From Patescibacteria group bacterium (GTDB lineage: Bacteria; Patescibacteriota; Patescibacteriia; Patescibacteriales; UBA12465): a stretch of DNA of 58,766 nucleotides. Under the pieces are notes generated by a model. The model did no database searches. It worked only from the letters and a program-made list of their open reading frames with translations, and had not been told where the DNA came from. A program made the translations under genes and the position numbers. This document shows positions 9,371-19,351 of the stretch, one piece after another (the stretch's first letter is position 1; every line of letters begins with the position of its first letter). Location: positions 1-58,766 of the forward strand of contig JAIPJO010000001.1 of assembly GCA_021734135.1 (NCBI GenBank), written 5' to 3'.

Positions 9371-9399
9371 TTGTCATACCTAAATTATTTTGATAGTCT
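9371..9399 (+). promoter_or_regulatory. Promoter of valS
   Basis: TTGTCA-N17-TAGTCT, 8 nt upstream of the ATG. Confidence 0.45.
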
Positions 9400-9407
9400 A
9401 ATTCTAT

Positions 9408-12014
9408 ATGGATAAAGCATACAATCCTCAAAAATACGAAAATGATATATATGATTATTGGCAAGAATCAGGGTTTTTTAATCCTGATAATTTAGATTTA
9501 CCTAAAAGTGCTAAAAATTATACTATTGTATTGCCTCCACCCAACGTGACAGATAAATTACACATGGGACATGCTTCTATAATAGCTATTGAAGATTTAC
9601 TTATTAGATACCATCGCTTGAAGGGTTATAAAGCTTTATGGTTACCAGGAACTGATCATGCAGCTATTGCCACTCAAAATGTAGTTGAAAAAAGGATATA
9701 CAAAGAAAGAGGAGAAACAAGACATGACTTGGGAAGAGAAAAATTTTTGCAAGAAGTTAATAATTTTGCTTTAAGTACTCAAAAAACTATAATATCACAA
9801 ATAAAAAAAATGGGAGCTTCGCTTGATTGGAGCAGATTAGCCTTTACTCTTGATGATACTAGACAAAAAGCTGTTAAAGAAATGTTTGTTAGGATGTATA
9901 ATGAGGGAGTTCTATATAGAGGAGAAAGGGTTGTTAATTGGTGCCCTAGATGTCATTCTACTTTAGCTGATGATGAAGTGGAATATAAAGGACAAAAAGC
10001 TAATCTTTATACTTTTAAATATAGCAAAGATTTTCCTTTTGCAATTTCTACTACTCGCCCAGAGACAAAATTAGGAGATACAGCTATAGCAGTAAATCCA
10101 AGTGATAAAAGATATAAAGATTACATAGGAAAAACATATAAAGTTAATTTTGTTGGTATTGATTTAAATATTAAAGTAATAGCTGATAAGAATGTAGACA
10201 TGAATTTTGGTACTGGTGCTTTAGGGGTTACTCCAGCTCATTCATTGATTGATTGGCAAATGGCACAAAAAGAAGGATTAGAAATGATTAAAGTTATAGA
10301 CGAAGATGCTAAAATCAAAGATGGATTTAAAAACTTTTCTGGTTTAAATGTTTATGAAGCTAGAAAAAAGATAATAGATAAATTAACAGATGAGGGCTTA
10401 ATTTTAGAAACTGAAGATATAAATAATAATCTTTCAATTTGTTATCGTTGTGATAGCCCCATTGAACCGCTTCCTTCTAAACAATGGTTTATAAATGTAG
10501 ATAAAAAAATCCCTAGATTAGATAATCAATCATTAAAAGAAAAAGCTTTAGCAGTTATTAAAACTAAAGAAATTAATTTTGTACCAGAGCGTTTTGAAAA
10601 AAGATATAAAGATTGGATGGAAAATCTTCATGATTGGTGTGTTTCTAGACAAATTTGGTATGGTCATAGAATACCGGCTTGGTATAGAGATGATGAAGTC
10701 TATGTAGGTAGAGAAGCTCCTAAAGAGGACGGTTGGAAACAAGATGAAGATACATTAGATACTTGGTTTTCATCAGGTATGTGGACCTTTTCTACTTTAG
10801 GTTGGCCTGAAAAAGCTAATGACTTAGATTTATATCACCCTACACAAGTTTTAGAAACTGGTTATGAAATAATAACTTTGTGGGTTTCACGTATGATTAT
10901 GATGAGTTATTTTGCTTTAGAGGAAGTGCCTTTTGAAAATGTCTACCTTCATGGCATGGTTTTAGATAAAAAAGGTAAAAAGATGAGTAAATCAAAAGGT
11001 AATGGTATTGACCCTGTTGATATTAAAGAGAAGTATGGCAGTGATTCTGCTAGACTTTCACTCTTAATTGGAAACACTGCTGGTAATGATTTAAAATTAG
11101 ATGAAGAAAAAATTGCTAGTTTTAGAAATTTTGTAAATAAAATTTGGAACATCTCTAGATATATTATTAGTTTTGTAGATAGAGTTGATTTAGAAAAAGA
11201 AAAATTAAATAAAAAAGATTTTACAATTTCAGATAAGTGGATTTTTAGTATTTTTAATGAATTAATCAAAGAAGTGGAGCTTGATTTAAGTAATTATCGT
11301 TTTTCTCAGGCTGGTGAGAAATTAAGAAACTTTACTTGGAATGATTTCGCAGATTGGTATTTAGAGATAAGTAAGTTTGAGAAAAATTCACAAAAACAAA
11401 TACTTTTAAATTATATTTTAGATAATCTCTTAAAATTATGGCACCCTTTTATGCCTTTTGTTAGTGAAGCTATATATCAAGAGCTTCATAAAAACAAGAA
11501 AATGTTGATGATAGCTAAATGGCCTGAAGTAGATGTGGATGCTGGTAATTTTAAAAAAGAGATTGAGTCTATGAATTTAATTAAAGATATTATTATAAAA
11601 ATTAGAGAAGCTCGTAGTATTAACAAGGTTGAGCCAGCTAACAAAATTAAAGCTTTAATTTATGGTCATAAACACTTTGAACAAATAAAAGAACAAGAAC
11701 ATTTAATTAAAAATCTAAAGACTGGCATTTCTGATTTAGATATTCAAGAAAATGGGGAGGATATTAAAGGTGAGATTAAAGCTACAGTTGGCGAGGTTGA
11801 GATATTTTTAATTGGAGCTATAGACAAGGAAAAAGAAAAAAATAGAAGAGAAAAAGAAATAAAAAATTTGGAAAAACAAGTTGAATTTTTAAATAAACAA
11901 TTACAAAACAAAGAGTTTGTTGATAAAGCACCTGAGGAAGTAGTTAAAAAACAAAAGGACAAATTAAATCAATTTAAAGTAGAATTAGAAAAACTTAAGG
12001 ATATAGACTTTTAA
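9408..12014 (+). CDS. valS: Valyl-tRNA synthetase
   Basis: 868 aa. HIGH region PPPNVTDKLHMGHA, KMSKS (GKKMSKSKGN), editing-domain insertion, C-terminal coiled coil. Confidence 0.95.
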   Translation: MDKAYNPQKYENDIYDYWQESGFFNPDNLDLPKSAKNYTIVLPPPNVTDKLHMGHASIIAIEDLLIRYHRLKGYKALWLPGTDHAAIATQNVVEKRIYKERGETRHDLGREKFLQEVNNFALSTQKTIISQIKKMGASLDWSRLAFTLDDTRQKAVKEMFVRMYNEGVLYRGERVVNWCPRCHSTLADDEVEYKGQKANLYTFKYSKDFPFAISTTRPETKLGDTAIAVNPSDKRYKDYIGKTYKVNFVGIDLNIKVIADKNVDMNFGTGALGVTPAHSLIDWQMAQKEGLEMIKVIDEDAKIKDGFKNFSGLNVYEARKKIIDKLTDEGLILETEDINNNLSICYRCDSPIEPLPSKQWFINVDKKIPRLDNQSLKEKALAVIKTKEINFVPERFEKRYKDWMENLHDWCVSRQIWYGHRIPAWYRDDEVYVGREAPKEDGWKQDEDTLDTWFSSGMWTFSTLGWPEKANDLDLYHPTQVLETGYEIITLWVSRMIMMSYFALEEVPFENVYLHGMVLDKKGKKMSKSKGNGIDPVDIKEKYGSDSARLSLLIGNTAGNDLKLDEEKIASFRNFVNKIWNISRYIISFVDRVDLEKEKLNKKDFTISDKWIFSIFNELIKEVELDLSNYRFSQAGEKLRNFTWNDFADWYLEISKFEKNSQKQILLNYILDNLLKLWHPFMPFVSEAIYQELHKNKKMLMIAKWPEVDVDAGNFKKEIESMNLIKDIIIKIREARSINKVEPANKIKALIYGHKHFEQIKEQEHLIKNLKTGISDLDIQENGEDIKGEIKATVGEVEIFLIGAIDKEKEKNRREKEIKNLEKQVEFLNKQLQNKEFVDKAPEEVVKKQKDKLNQFKVELEKLKDIDF

Positions 12015-12029
12015 TGATATAATTATTAT

Positions 12030-12419
12030 ATGACATTAAAAAATTATCTCACATTAATGATTGTAGCTACCTTGGCGTGTTGGGGTGCTTTTGTTTTTGT
12101 AATGAATACAGTTAATCCAGAAATAACTAACTGGTTAGGATTTGCACTTTTTTATTCTTCTTTGTTTTTAGCAGTAAGTGGTTTAGCATCTATAGTGGGT
12201 TTTTTAATAAGATTTTGGCTTTTAAAACAAAAATTAGCCTTTTATTCTGTAAATAGTGCTTTTAGACAATCATTTTTATTTGCTTTGCTTATAATTTCAA
12301 TATTAGTTCTTTTAGCAAATGAATTATTCACAATATTTAATGTACTACTTTTAATAATAATTATAACCCTTATTGAGTTTTTCTTAATCAGTCATCGTAA
12401 AAAACATTATGAAAAATAA
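12030..12419 (+). CDS. Hypothetical integral membrane protein
   Basis: 129 aa with four hydrophobic helices. Its 3' end overlaps the pheS start by 11 nt. Confidence 0.5.
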   Translation: MTLKNYLTLMIVATLACWGAFVFVMNTVNPEITNWLGFALFYSSLFLAVSGLASIVGFLIRFWLLKQKLAFYSVNSAFRQSFLFALLIISILVLLANELFTIFNVLLLIIIITLIEFFLISHRKKHYEK

Positions 12420-13452
12420 ATTAGAACAAATAAAAAATCAAGCTTTTACTGACCTACATGATTTAATGAATAAAAAAACTTCTCTTAATTTAGAGGAGAA
12501 TCTACGAACTTTACGTATTAAATATTTAGGCAGAAAAGGAGAATTATCACAAATCCTTAGGAATTTAAAGGATTTAAGTGTTACGGAAAAAAAAGAGTTA
12601 GGCGCTTTAGCAAATAGTATTAAAAAAGATTTAGAAGCTGTCTTTAAAGAGAAAGAAGATGAAATATTAGGTGGAAATAGCAAAGATTACGATCTTAGTT
12701 TACCAGGAAAGGAGATAAAAACTGGACATCTTCATCCTCTAACTTTAATACAAAGAGATTTAGAAGATATTTTTAAATCATTAGGTTTTTCAATACTCGA
12801 GGGTCCAGAACTTGAGAGTGATTATTACAATTTTGAAGCTTTAAATATTAGCAAGCATCATCCTGCTAGAGATATGCAAGACACTTTTTATGTTAATTGG
12901 GAGAAAAATAAAAAAGATGAAAAATTAGTAATGAGGACACATACCTCTCCTGTGCAAGTTAGAGCTATGCAAACATATGGCGCTCCACTTAAGGCAATTG
13001 TACCAGGAAAAGTATTTAGAAATGAAGCTATTGATGCTTCTCATGAACATACCTTTTATCAATTAGAGGGACTTATGATAGATAAAGATATATCTATCAC
13101 CAATATGATTGCCTTAATGAAAGAACTTTTAAAAGGTATATTTAAAAAAGAAGTACCAGTAAGAATTAGGCCAGGTTTTTTCCCTTTTGTTGAACCAGGA
13201 ATAGAATTAGATATTTCTTGTCAGCTTTGTGGTGGCGAAGGTTGTAGTGTTTGTAAGCAAAGTGGATGGCTTGAACTTTTTCCTGCTGGTATGGTTCACC
13301 CAAAAGTACTTGAGGCTGGAGGTATAGATAGTAAAAAATATTCAGGCTTTGCTTTTGGACTTGGTTTAACAAGACTTGTTATGATGAAATATCATATTAA
13401 CGATATTCGTTTATTTAATAGCGGAGACTTAAGATTCTTAGAACAATTTTAA
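12409..13452 (+). CDS. pheS: Phenylalanyl-tRNA synthetase alpha subunit
   Basis: 347 aa. Class II motif 2 (FRNEAIDASHEHTFYQLEGL) and motif 3 (GFAFGLGLTRL). Confidence 0.95.
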   Translation: MKNKLEQIKNQAFTDLHDLMNKKTSLNLEENLRTLRIKYLGRKGELSQILRNLKDLSVTEKKELGALANSIKKDLEAVFKEKEDEILGGNSKDYDLSLPGKEIKTGHLHPLTLIQRDLEDIFKSLGFSILEGPELESDYYNFEALNISKHHPARDMQDTFYVNWEKNKKDEKLVMRTHTSPVQVRAMQTYGAPLKAIVPGKVFRNEAIDASHEHTFYQLEGLMIDKDISITNMIALMKELLKGIFKKEVPVRIRPGFFPFVEPGIELDISCQLCGGEGCSVCKQSGWLELFPAGMVHPKVLEAGGIDSKKYSGFAFGLGLTRLVMMKYHINDIRLFNSGDLRFLEQF

Positions 13453-13456
13453 AATT

Positions 13457-15886
13457 ATGTTTATATCACTCAATTTATTAGAGGATTTTATTCCTTTAAG
13501 AAAAAAATACAAAGCTCAAAATTTAGCTCTAGATTTAACTATGCATACAGTCGAGATTGAAGGTTATCAAAATTTAGCAGATAAATATAAGCAAATAGTT
13601 ATTGGAGAAGTTTTAGAGGTAAAAAAACATCCTCAAGCAGATAGGTTAAATATTGCTCAAGTAGATGTAGCCAAAGAAAAACTTAGCATTGTTTGTGGTG
13701 CTAATAACCTAGAAAAAGGTCAAAAAGTGGCAGTGGCTCTTGTTGGTGCTACTTTGCCAATTGGACTTACTATCACAGAAGCTGAAATAAGAGGTGAAAA
13801 TTCAAAAGGAATGATTTGTGCTGAGGACGAACTTGGTTTAGGCGATGATCATAATGGTATTTTAGTTTTAGATAAAAAAGCTAAGCCTGGTTTGAGTTTA
13901 GCAAAACATTTAGGTCTGGATGATATAATTATTGAAATAGATAATAAGTCGCTTTCTAATAGACCTGATCTTTGGGGTCATTATGGTATTGCTAGAGAAA
14001 TAGCAGCTTTTTCTGATATTAAGTTAAAAGATTATGAAGAAATTTTTAAATCTGAAATTAAAATTGGAGAAGATAAGAATAATTTAAATATTAAGGTAGA
14101 AGATAATAATTTATGTCCTTATTACAGCGCTATAAAGGTAAAGAATATTAAAGTGAGCAAATCTCCTTTATGGCTTAGAAATAGATTGCTAGCTTCAGGA
14201 ATAAAACCTATTAATAATTTAGTTGATATTAGTAATTACGTTATGATTGAACTAGGTCAACCTCTTCACATATTTGATGCTAAAGACATTGACAAAATAT
14301 TAGTGCGAAAAGCTAAAGAAGCTGAAAAAATAGAACTTTTAGATAAAACAGAAAAAGAATTAAACTCAAACAATTTATTAATTACTAACGGAAAGAAACC
14401 CTTAGCTTTAGCTGGTATTATGGGAGGTTTAGATAGTGCTGTTAATGATGATACTAATGAAATAATTATAGAATCAGCTAATTTTGAAGCAGTTAATATT
14501 AGAAAAAGCTCTTTAAATTTAGGACTTAGAACTGATGCTTCAAGTCGCTATGAAAAATCATTAGATGTTAATTTGTGTCCTTTAGCGCTAAAGAGAGTTT
14601 TAGATTTAATGATACAAATTATTCCTGATCTTGAAATAGATTCTCAAATTACTACTAGCAGTGATATTAAAAATGAAATTAAAGTTATTGATTTAGATTT
14701 AAAGTGGTTAAACAAAAGAATAGGAACGGAGGTTGATAAAAAGAGAGTAATTGAAATACTTACAAGTCTTGGGTTTAAGATAGAAAGTGATGAAGATGAA
14801 AAGCTTCAAGTTAAAGTGCCTAGCTATAGAGCTACTAAAGATGTATCTATTGTTGAAGATCTCTTAGAGGAAGTAAGCAGGATGATTGGTTATGATAATT
14901 TAGAACCAGCTTCACCAAGTAGTGTTTTAGAAGTTCCTATTATTAGTCAAAATAACAAAATTATAGAGCAAGTGAAAAATATATTATCCAAAGATGTTAA
15001 TTTAACTGAGGTTCATAATTATTCATTTGTGGGAACAAAACAATTAAATAAATTAGGAATAAGTTATGATAATTATTTGACCTTAGCAAATCCTTTGACC
15101 GAGCATCATACTATGTTGAGACAAAATTTAATTGTGAATATTTTAGAAAATGTTAAAGTTAATCAGGCTAGATTTAAGGATATTGAAATATTTGAATTAG
15201 GTGAAGTATATTTAAATGTATCAGGTAAATTACAGCAAAGTAATTTACAAAAAAGCTATTTACCACATCAAGAAAAAAGATTGGCTATATGTTTAGCTTC
15301 AGATAATGAGCAATTGGAAAAAATTAAAGATATTTTACAAACTTTTGTAAATAAATTGTTAAATGTTAAAAAAGAACTTTCATTTCAAGCTTTTGAGTTT
15401 GTTCCTGCTTGGGCAAATAAACAAAAAAGTGTTTTAGTTAAATATGACTTTGAAGATCTTGGATATATTTATACTTTAAATAAAAAAACAGCTAAAGACT
15501 TAGGAATAAAAAAAGAAACTGTTATTAGTGAATTAAACTTTAATGCAATAAAGAATTTACTTAAAAAGCAAGATGATAAAGAGTATATTAGTCTTCCTAA
15601 ATTTCCTGCTTTAGAAAGAGATTTAGCTTTTTTAGTTGATAAAAAAGTACCTTATAAAGATTTAAAAGATGATATGAGTAGTTTTCATAAATGGATTGAA
15701 AATGTAGAACTTTTTGACGTTTATCAAGGGGAAAATATAGATGATGCTAGTAAAAGTTTAGCTTTTCATGTAAAATATAGGTTACAAGATAGAACGCTTG
15801 AATCTAAAGAAGTGGATGAAGTGCAGACAGAATTAATAAAGTATCTTCAGGAAAAATATAAAGCAAAAATTAGAGATTCTAAATAA
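13457..15886 (+). CDS. pheT: Phenylalanyl-tRNA synthetase beta subunit
   Basis: 809 aa. N-terminal tRNA-binding OB domain (GEVLEVKKHPQADRLNIAQVD), B3/4 and B5 regions, C-terminal FDX-ACB-like domain. Lies directly after pheS. Confidence 0.95.
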   Translation: MFISLNLLEDFIPLRKKYKAQNLALDLTMHTVEIEGYQNLADKYKQIVIGEVLEVKKHPQADRLNIAQVDVAKEKLSIVCGANNLEKGQKVAVALVGATLPIGLTITEAEIRGENSKGMICAEDELGLGDDHNGILVLDKKAKPGLSLAKHLGLDDIIIEIDNKSLSNRPDLWGHYGIAREIAAFSDIKLKDYEEIFKSEIKIGEDKNNLNIKVEDNNLCPYYSAIKVKNIKVSKSPLWLRNRLLASGIKPINNLVDISNYVMIELGQPLHIFDAKDIDKILVRKAKEAEKIELLDKTEKELNSNNLLITNGKKPLALAGIMGGLDSAVNDDTNEIIIESANFEAVNIRKSSLNLGLRTDASSRYEKSLDVNLCPLALKRVLDLMIQIIPDLEIDSQITTSSDIKNEIKVIDLDLKWLNKRIGTEVDKKRVIEILTSLGFKIESDEDEKLQVKVPSYRATKDVSIVEDLLEEVSRMIGYDNLEPASPSSVLEVPIISQNNKIIEQVKNILSKDVNLTEVHNYSFVGTKQLNKLGISYDNYLTLANPLTEHHTMLRQNLIVNILENVKVNQARFKDIEIFELGEVYLNVSGKLQQSNLQKSYLPHQEKRLAICLASDNEQLEKIKDILQTFVNKLLNVKKELSFQAFEFVPAWANKQKSVLVKYDFEDLGYIYTLNKKTAKDLGIKKETVISELNFNAIKNLLKKQDDKEYISLPKFPALERDLAFLVDKKVPYKDLKDDMSSFHKWIENVELFDVYQGENIDDASKSLAFHVKYRLQDRTLESKEVDEVQTELIKYLQEKYKAKIRDSK

Positions 15887-15936
15887 TTAACATAGTTAGG
15901 TCAGCTTGCAAAAGGTGGTCTGCTAATTAAAATTAT

Positions 15937-16290
15937 ATGTTTGAAACAAGTGGGGATATATTAAATTTAGTTATTGCTATATCAGTTTTGCTTTTTACAG
16001 TTTTTCTAGTTTGGACTATTTATTATGTTTTAGCTAGCTTAAAAAAAGTTTATAGAATTGTAAATGAGCTTGATCATGGAGTTAAAAAAGTTTTAGAGAC
16101 TATAGATACTATTAAACAAAAAGTAAACAAAAGTACCTCTTATTTGTATCTTGCTGGTGAAGTTGTTAAAAAAGCAATTGATTTAATGAAAGAAAAAGCC
16201 TCTACTAGTTATGAGGATAACGATATTGAAAAAAATAGTTCTAAAAATAAGTCCAGAAAATCTAAAAAGAAAAGTAAAAAAGAAAAGTAA
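15937..16290 (+). CDS. Hypothetical membrane-anchored protein with lysine-rich tail
   Basis: 117 aa. One TM helix and a KSKKKSKKEK C-terminus. Confidence 0.45.
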   Translation: MFETSGDILNLVIAISVLLFTVFLVWTIYYVLASLKKVYRIVNELDHGVKKVLETIDTIKQKVNKSTSYLYLAGEVVKKAIDLMKEKASTSYEDNDIEKNSSKNKSRKSKKKSKKEK

Positions 16291-16329
16291 TAAAATTATT
16301 AAGAAACAGATAAAAGAATTTAATAAATA

Positions 16330-16359
16330 AAAAAGTGGACAGCTATTGTCCACTTTTTA
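16330..16359. terminator. Bidirectional intrinsic terminator
   Basis: Hairpin gtggacagctattgtccac flanked by an A-run and a T-run. It sits between convergent genes. Confidence 0.6.
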
Positions 16360-16377
16360 TATGTAAGTTTTGTATAG

Positions 16378-18630
16378 TTATTTCTTTGCTTCACTATAAT
16401 CACAAGATTTATTACTACACTCTAAATTATCAGCTTTATCCAATAACAAATTATCACACTCAGGACATTTCTTGTTTACAGGTTTTTGTGAATAAATATT
16501 TTTGCAATCTGGGTAATTATCACAGGCGTAAAATGGCCCACGTTTACCAAACCTTTTAACAATTTTGCCTTTTTCGCACTTAGGACAAGTAATATCCTCT
16601 GTATTATCGCCTGGCTGTTTAATGTTTTGAATGTTTTTACATTTTGGGTAATTACTACATCCTTTAAAATATCCGTACTTACCTTTTTTTACTGTCATCT
16701 CAGAGCCACATTTTTCACATTTCTCTCCTTTAAATTGTTCTTTTAGTTTTTCTAATTCTTTATCTACTTTAGCTACACCACCTTTACCTAAAGGTTTAGC
16801 ATTTTTACAATCAGGAAAATTACCACAAGCTAAAAATTTGCCATAACGTCCAGTTTTAATAATCATTTTAGATCCGCATTTATCACAGATCTCTTTACTT
16901 TCTTCTTCAGGCATAATATCTTTTTTATTAATTTCATTATATTTTTTTTCTAAATTTTGATGGAAGTCTTTATAGAACTTATCAACTACTGGTACCCATT
17001 CTTTGTTACCTGAAGATATTTCATCTAAATCTTTTTCTAAATTAGCGGTAAATTTAAAATCTACAATTTGAGGAAAGTGATTTTTAAGAAGATCTATTAC
17101 TACAAAAGCAATGTCAGTAGGGAATAATCTTTTACTATCATCTCTGTTAACATAGTTTCTAGTAATTATTGTAGAGATAGTAGGGGCATAAGTTGAAGGC
17201 CTACCAATACCATATTTTTCCATTTCTTTAACTAGACCAGCATCACTGTAACGAGCTGGAGGTTGTGTAAAATGTTGCTTATCTTCCAGTTTTTCTAATT
17301 TTAATTCTTCTTCTTTTTCTAATTCAGGAAACTCTATTTGTTGACTTTTTTCTGGATATATTTCTAAGTAGCCTTTGAAAGTAGTAATTTGGCCAGTGCT
17401 TCTAAATTCATACGGAGTGTCTAGTGCTGTGATATCACATGTTGTTGAAAGAGTTTTAGCTGGATTCATTTGACTAGCAACAGATCTTTGCCATATTAAT
17501 TTATATAATTTGTATTGTTGAGGTGTCAATGAATTTTCTAATTGATCTGGACTTCTTAAAGCTGAAGTTGGTCTTATTGCTTCGTGAGCTTCTTGAGCTC
17601 CCTTAGACTTTGTTTTATAAACATTAGCTTTATTTGGTAAATACTTATCAGAAAACTTTTTATTTATATAATCCCTGGCTTCTTCAATGAAAGTCTTTGA
17701 AAGATTTAAAGAGTCTGTTCTCATGTAAGTAATCAAACCTGAGTGCCCCTCGCCTTTAATATCAATACCTTCATATAACTGCTGAGCTATCATCATAGTT
17801 TGTTTAGAACTAAAACCAAGCCAACGATTAGCGGTTTGTTGTAAAGTAGATGTGGTGAATGGTCTAGGTGGATTCTTTAAATTTTCTTTAGTGCTAATAT
17901 CTTTTATTTGATATTCTTTATCTTTTAAATTATTAGTTATTTCCTTGGCTTCCTTCTCAGTTTTAATAGTTATTTTGGAAATAGTTCTGTCATCTATTTT
18001 ATTAAGCTTAGATAAAAGAGGCATGCTTTCATCTTTCTTACTTCTAAAGTCAGCCTCAATAGTCCAGTATTCCTCCTCTTTAAAAGCTTGCCTTTCTTTT
18101 TCTCTTTCTACTACTAGTCTAACAGCTACACTTTGTACTCTTCCAGCACTAAGTCCTTTTACAACTTTTTTCCATAAAAAAGGTGAAAGCTCATAACCTA
18201 CTAATCTATCTAATATTCTTCTAGCTTGTTGAGCATCAACCATTTTGTGATCTATACCCTTAGGGTTTTTTAACGCCTCTTCAATTGCGGGTTTAGTAAT
18301 TTCATGAAAGACAATTCTTTTAGTTTCTTTTTCAGGTATTTTTAAAGCTTTAACTAAATGCCAGGCAATAGCTTCACCTTCACGGTCTTCATCTGAAGCT
18401 AAAATAATTTCATCTGCTTGTTCTGCTAGTTTTTTTAGTTTACTAACATTTTTCTTAGCTTTAGTAGGGATAATGTATTGAGGTTGATAATCATTTTCTA
18501 TATCAATACCCATTTTACTTTTTGGCAAATCTCTAATATGACCAAAAGATGATTCTAGTTTATAGTTAGAATCAATAAATTTTGTTATTGTTTTTGCCTT
18601 GGTTGGACTCTCTACTATTATTAATTTCAT
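16378..18630 (-). CDS. topA: DNA topoisomerase I
   Basis: Toprim N-terminus MKLIIVESPTKAKTI, active-site region LITYMRTDS, and four C-terminal C4 zinc ribbons. I prefer the ATG at 18630 over the upstream TTG at 18666 used by the ORF track. Confidence 0.9.
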   Translation of the reverse strand: MKLIIVESPTKAKTITKFIDSNYKLESSFGHIRDLPKSKMGIDIENDYQPQYIIPTKAKKNVSKLKKLAEQADEIILASDEDREGEAIAWHLVKALKIPEKETKRIVFHEITKPAIEEALKNPKGIDHKMVDAQQARRILDRLVGYELSPFLWKKVVKGLSAGRVQSVAVRLVVEREKERQAFKEEEYWTIEADFRSKKDESMPLLSKLNKIDDRTISKITIKTEKEAKEITNNLKDKEYQIKDISTKENLKNPPRPFTTSTLQQTANRWLGFSSKQTMMIAQQLYEGIDIKGEGHSGLITYMRTDSLNLSKTFIEEARDYINKKFSDKYLPNKANVYKTKSKGAQEAHEAIRPTSALRSPDQLENSLTPQQYKLYKLIWQRSVASQMNPAKTLSTTCDITALDTPYEFRSTGQITTFKGYLEIYPEKSQQIEFPELEKEEELKLEKLEDKQHFTQPPARYSDAGLVKEMEKYGIGRPSTYAPTISTIITRNYVNRDDSKRLFPTDIAFVVIDLLKNHFPQIVDFKFTANLEKDLDEISSGNKEWVPVVDKFYKDFHQNLEKKYNEINKKDIMPEEESKEICDKCGSKMIIKTGRYGKFLACGNFPDCKNAKPLGKGGVAKVDKELEKLKEQFKGEKCEKCGSEMTVKKGKYGYFKGCSNYPKCKNIQNIKQPGDNTEDITCPKCEKGKIVKRFGKRGPFYACDNYPDCKNIYSQKPVNKKCPECDNLLLDKADNLECSNKSCDYSEAKK

Positions 18631-18788
18631 GATTTTAAAATAAGTTTGTATAATCTTAGTGTACAATTTAAGTAATTATTGTCAAGCAAATATAGTTTAG
18701 CAATAAATTATTAGAAAAAAATAAAAAATATTTAAATATAATTTTTATAGAAAAATTAGTTATTATTTAATTAAAAAGCCGATCTTAC

Positions 18789-19349
18789 CTATAGGCCGGT
18801 TTTTTCTTGTATCTGTGGTTTTAAGTTGTTCCAAGCTGTTTTTATATTTTCAAATTCCTCTGCCTTTAACTTGCTTAACACATATTTTTCTGTAGGAATA
18901 TTTTGAGATGTAAGTGGTTTTTTTATACCTATTCTTATTCTAATAAAGTTTTTTGTTTTTATGTGAGAAATAATACTGGAAACTCCTTTGTGTCCTGCAC
19001 TGGAAGAATTTTCAGATATTTTTATCTTCCCTAATTCAATATCTAAATCATCATGTATTACAATTAGAACATCACTTAAATCATAATCCTTTTTTTGAAA
19101 AAGTCCCCAAGTCTTTGGGGTTAATTTAAAGTAATGCAAGGCTTTAGAAACAGCTTCACCAGATTTATTCATATAAGTTTGAGGCTTAATATATAAATTT
19201 CCACCTTCTTCATATGTTAGGCTGTTAAATTTTTTGTTTTCTTGCCATTTTGGTTCTTTTAAATACCAGTCTAAAATATCAAAACCAATGTTGTGTCGAG
19301 TTTTTTTATATTTATCACTAGGATTACCTAATCCAACTATTATTTTCAT
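18789..19349 (-). CDS. pth: Peptidyl-tRNA hydrolase
   Basis: 186 aa. GLGNPSDKYKKTRHNIGF signature. Confidence 0.9.
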   Translation of the reverse strand: MKIIVGLGNPSDKYKKTRHNIGFDILDWYLKEPKWQENKKFNSLTYEEGGNLYIKPQTYMNKSGEAVSKALHYFKLTPKTWGLFQKKDYDLSDVLIVIHDDLDIELGKIKISENSSSAGHKGVSSIISHIKTKNFIRIRIGIKKPLTSQNIPTEKYVLSKLKAEEFENIKTAWNNLKPQIQEKTGL

Positions 19350-19351
19350 AT

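Noticed and set aside
18631-18666. N-terminal extensions proposed by the ORF track (topA from TTG 18666, helicase from TTG 40764, rpsU from GTG 47739)
   Set aside because: In each case an in-frame ATG slightly downstream yields the canonical conserved N-terminus (MKLIIVESP, MKVDFSHLNKEQ, MADFKRK). For rpsU that ATG is also preceded by a good Shine-Dalgarno sequence.
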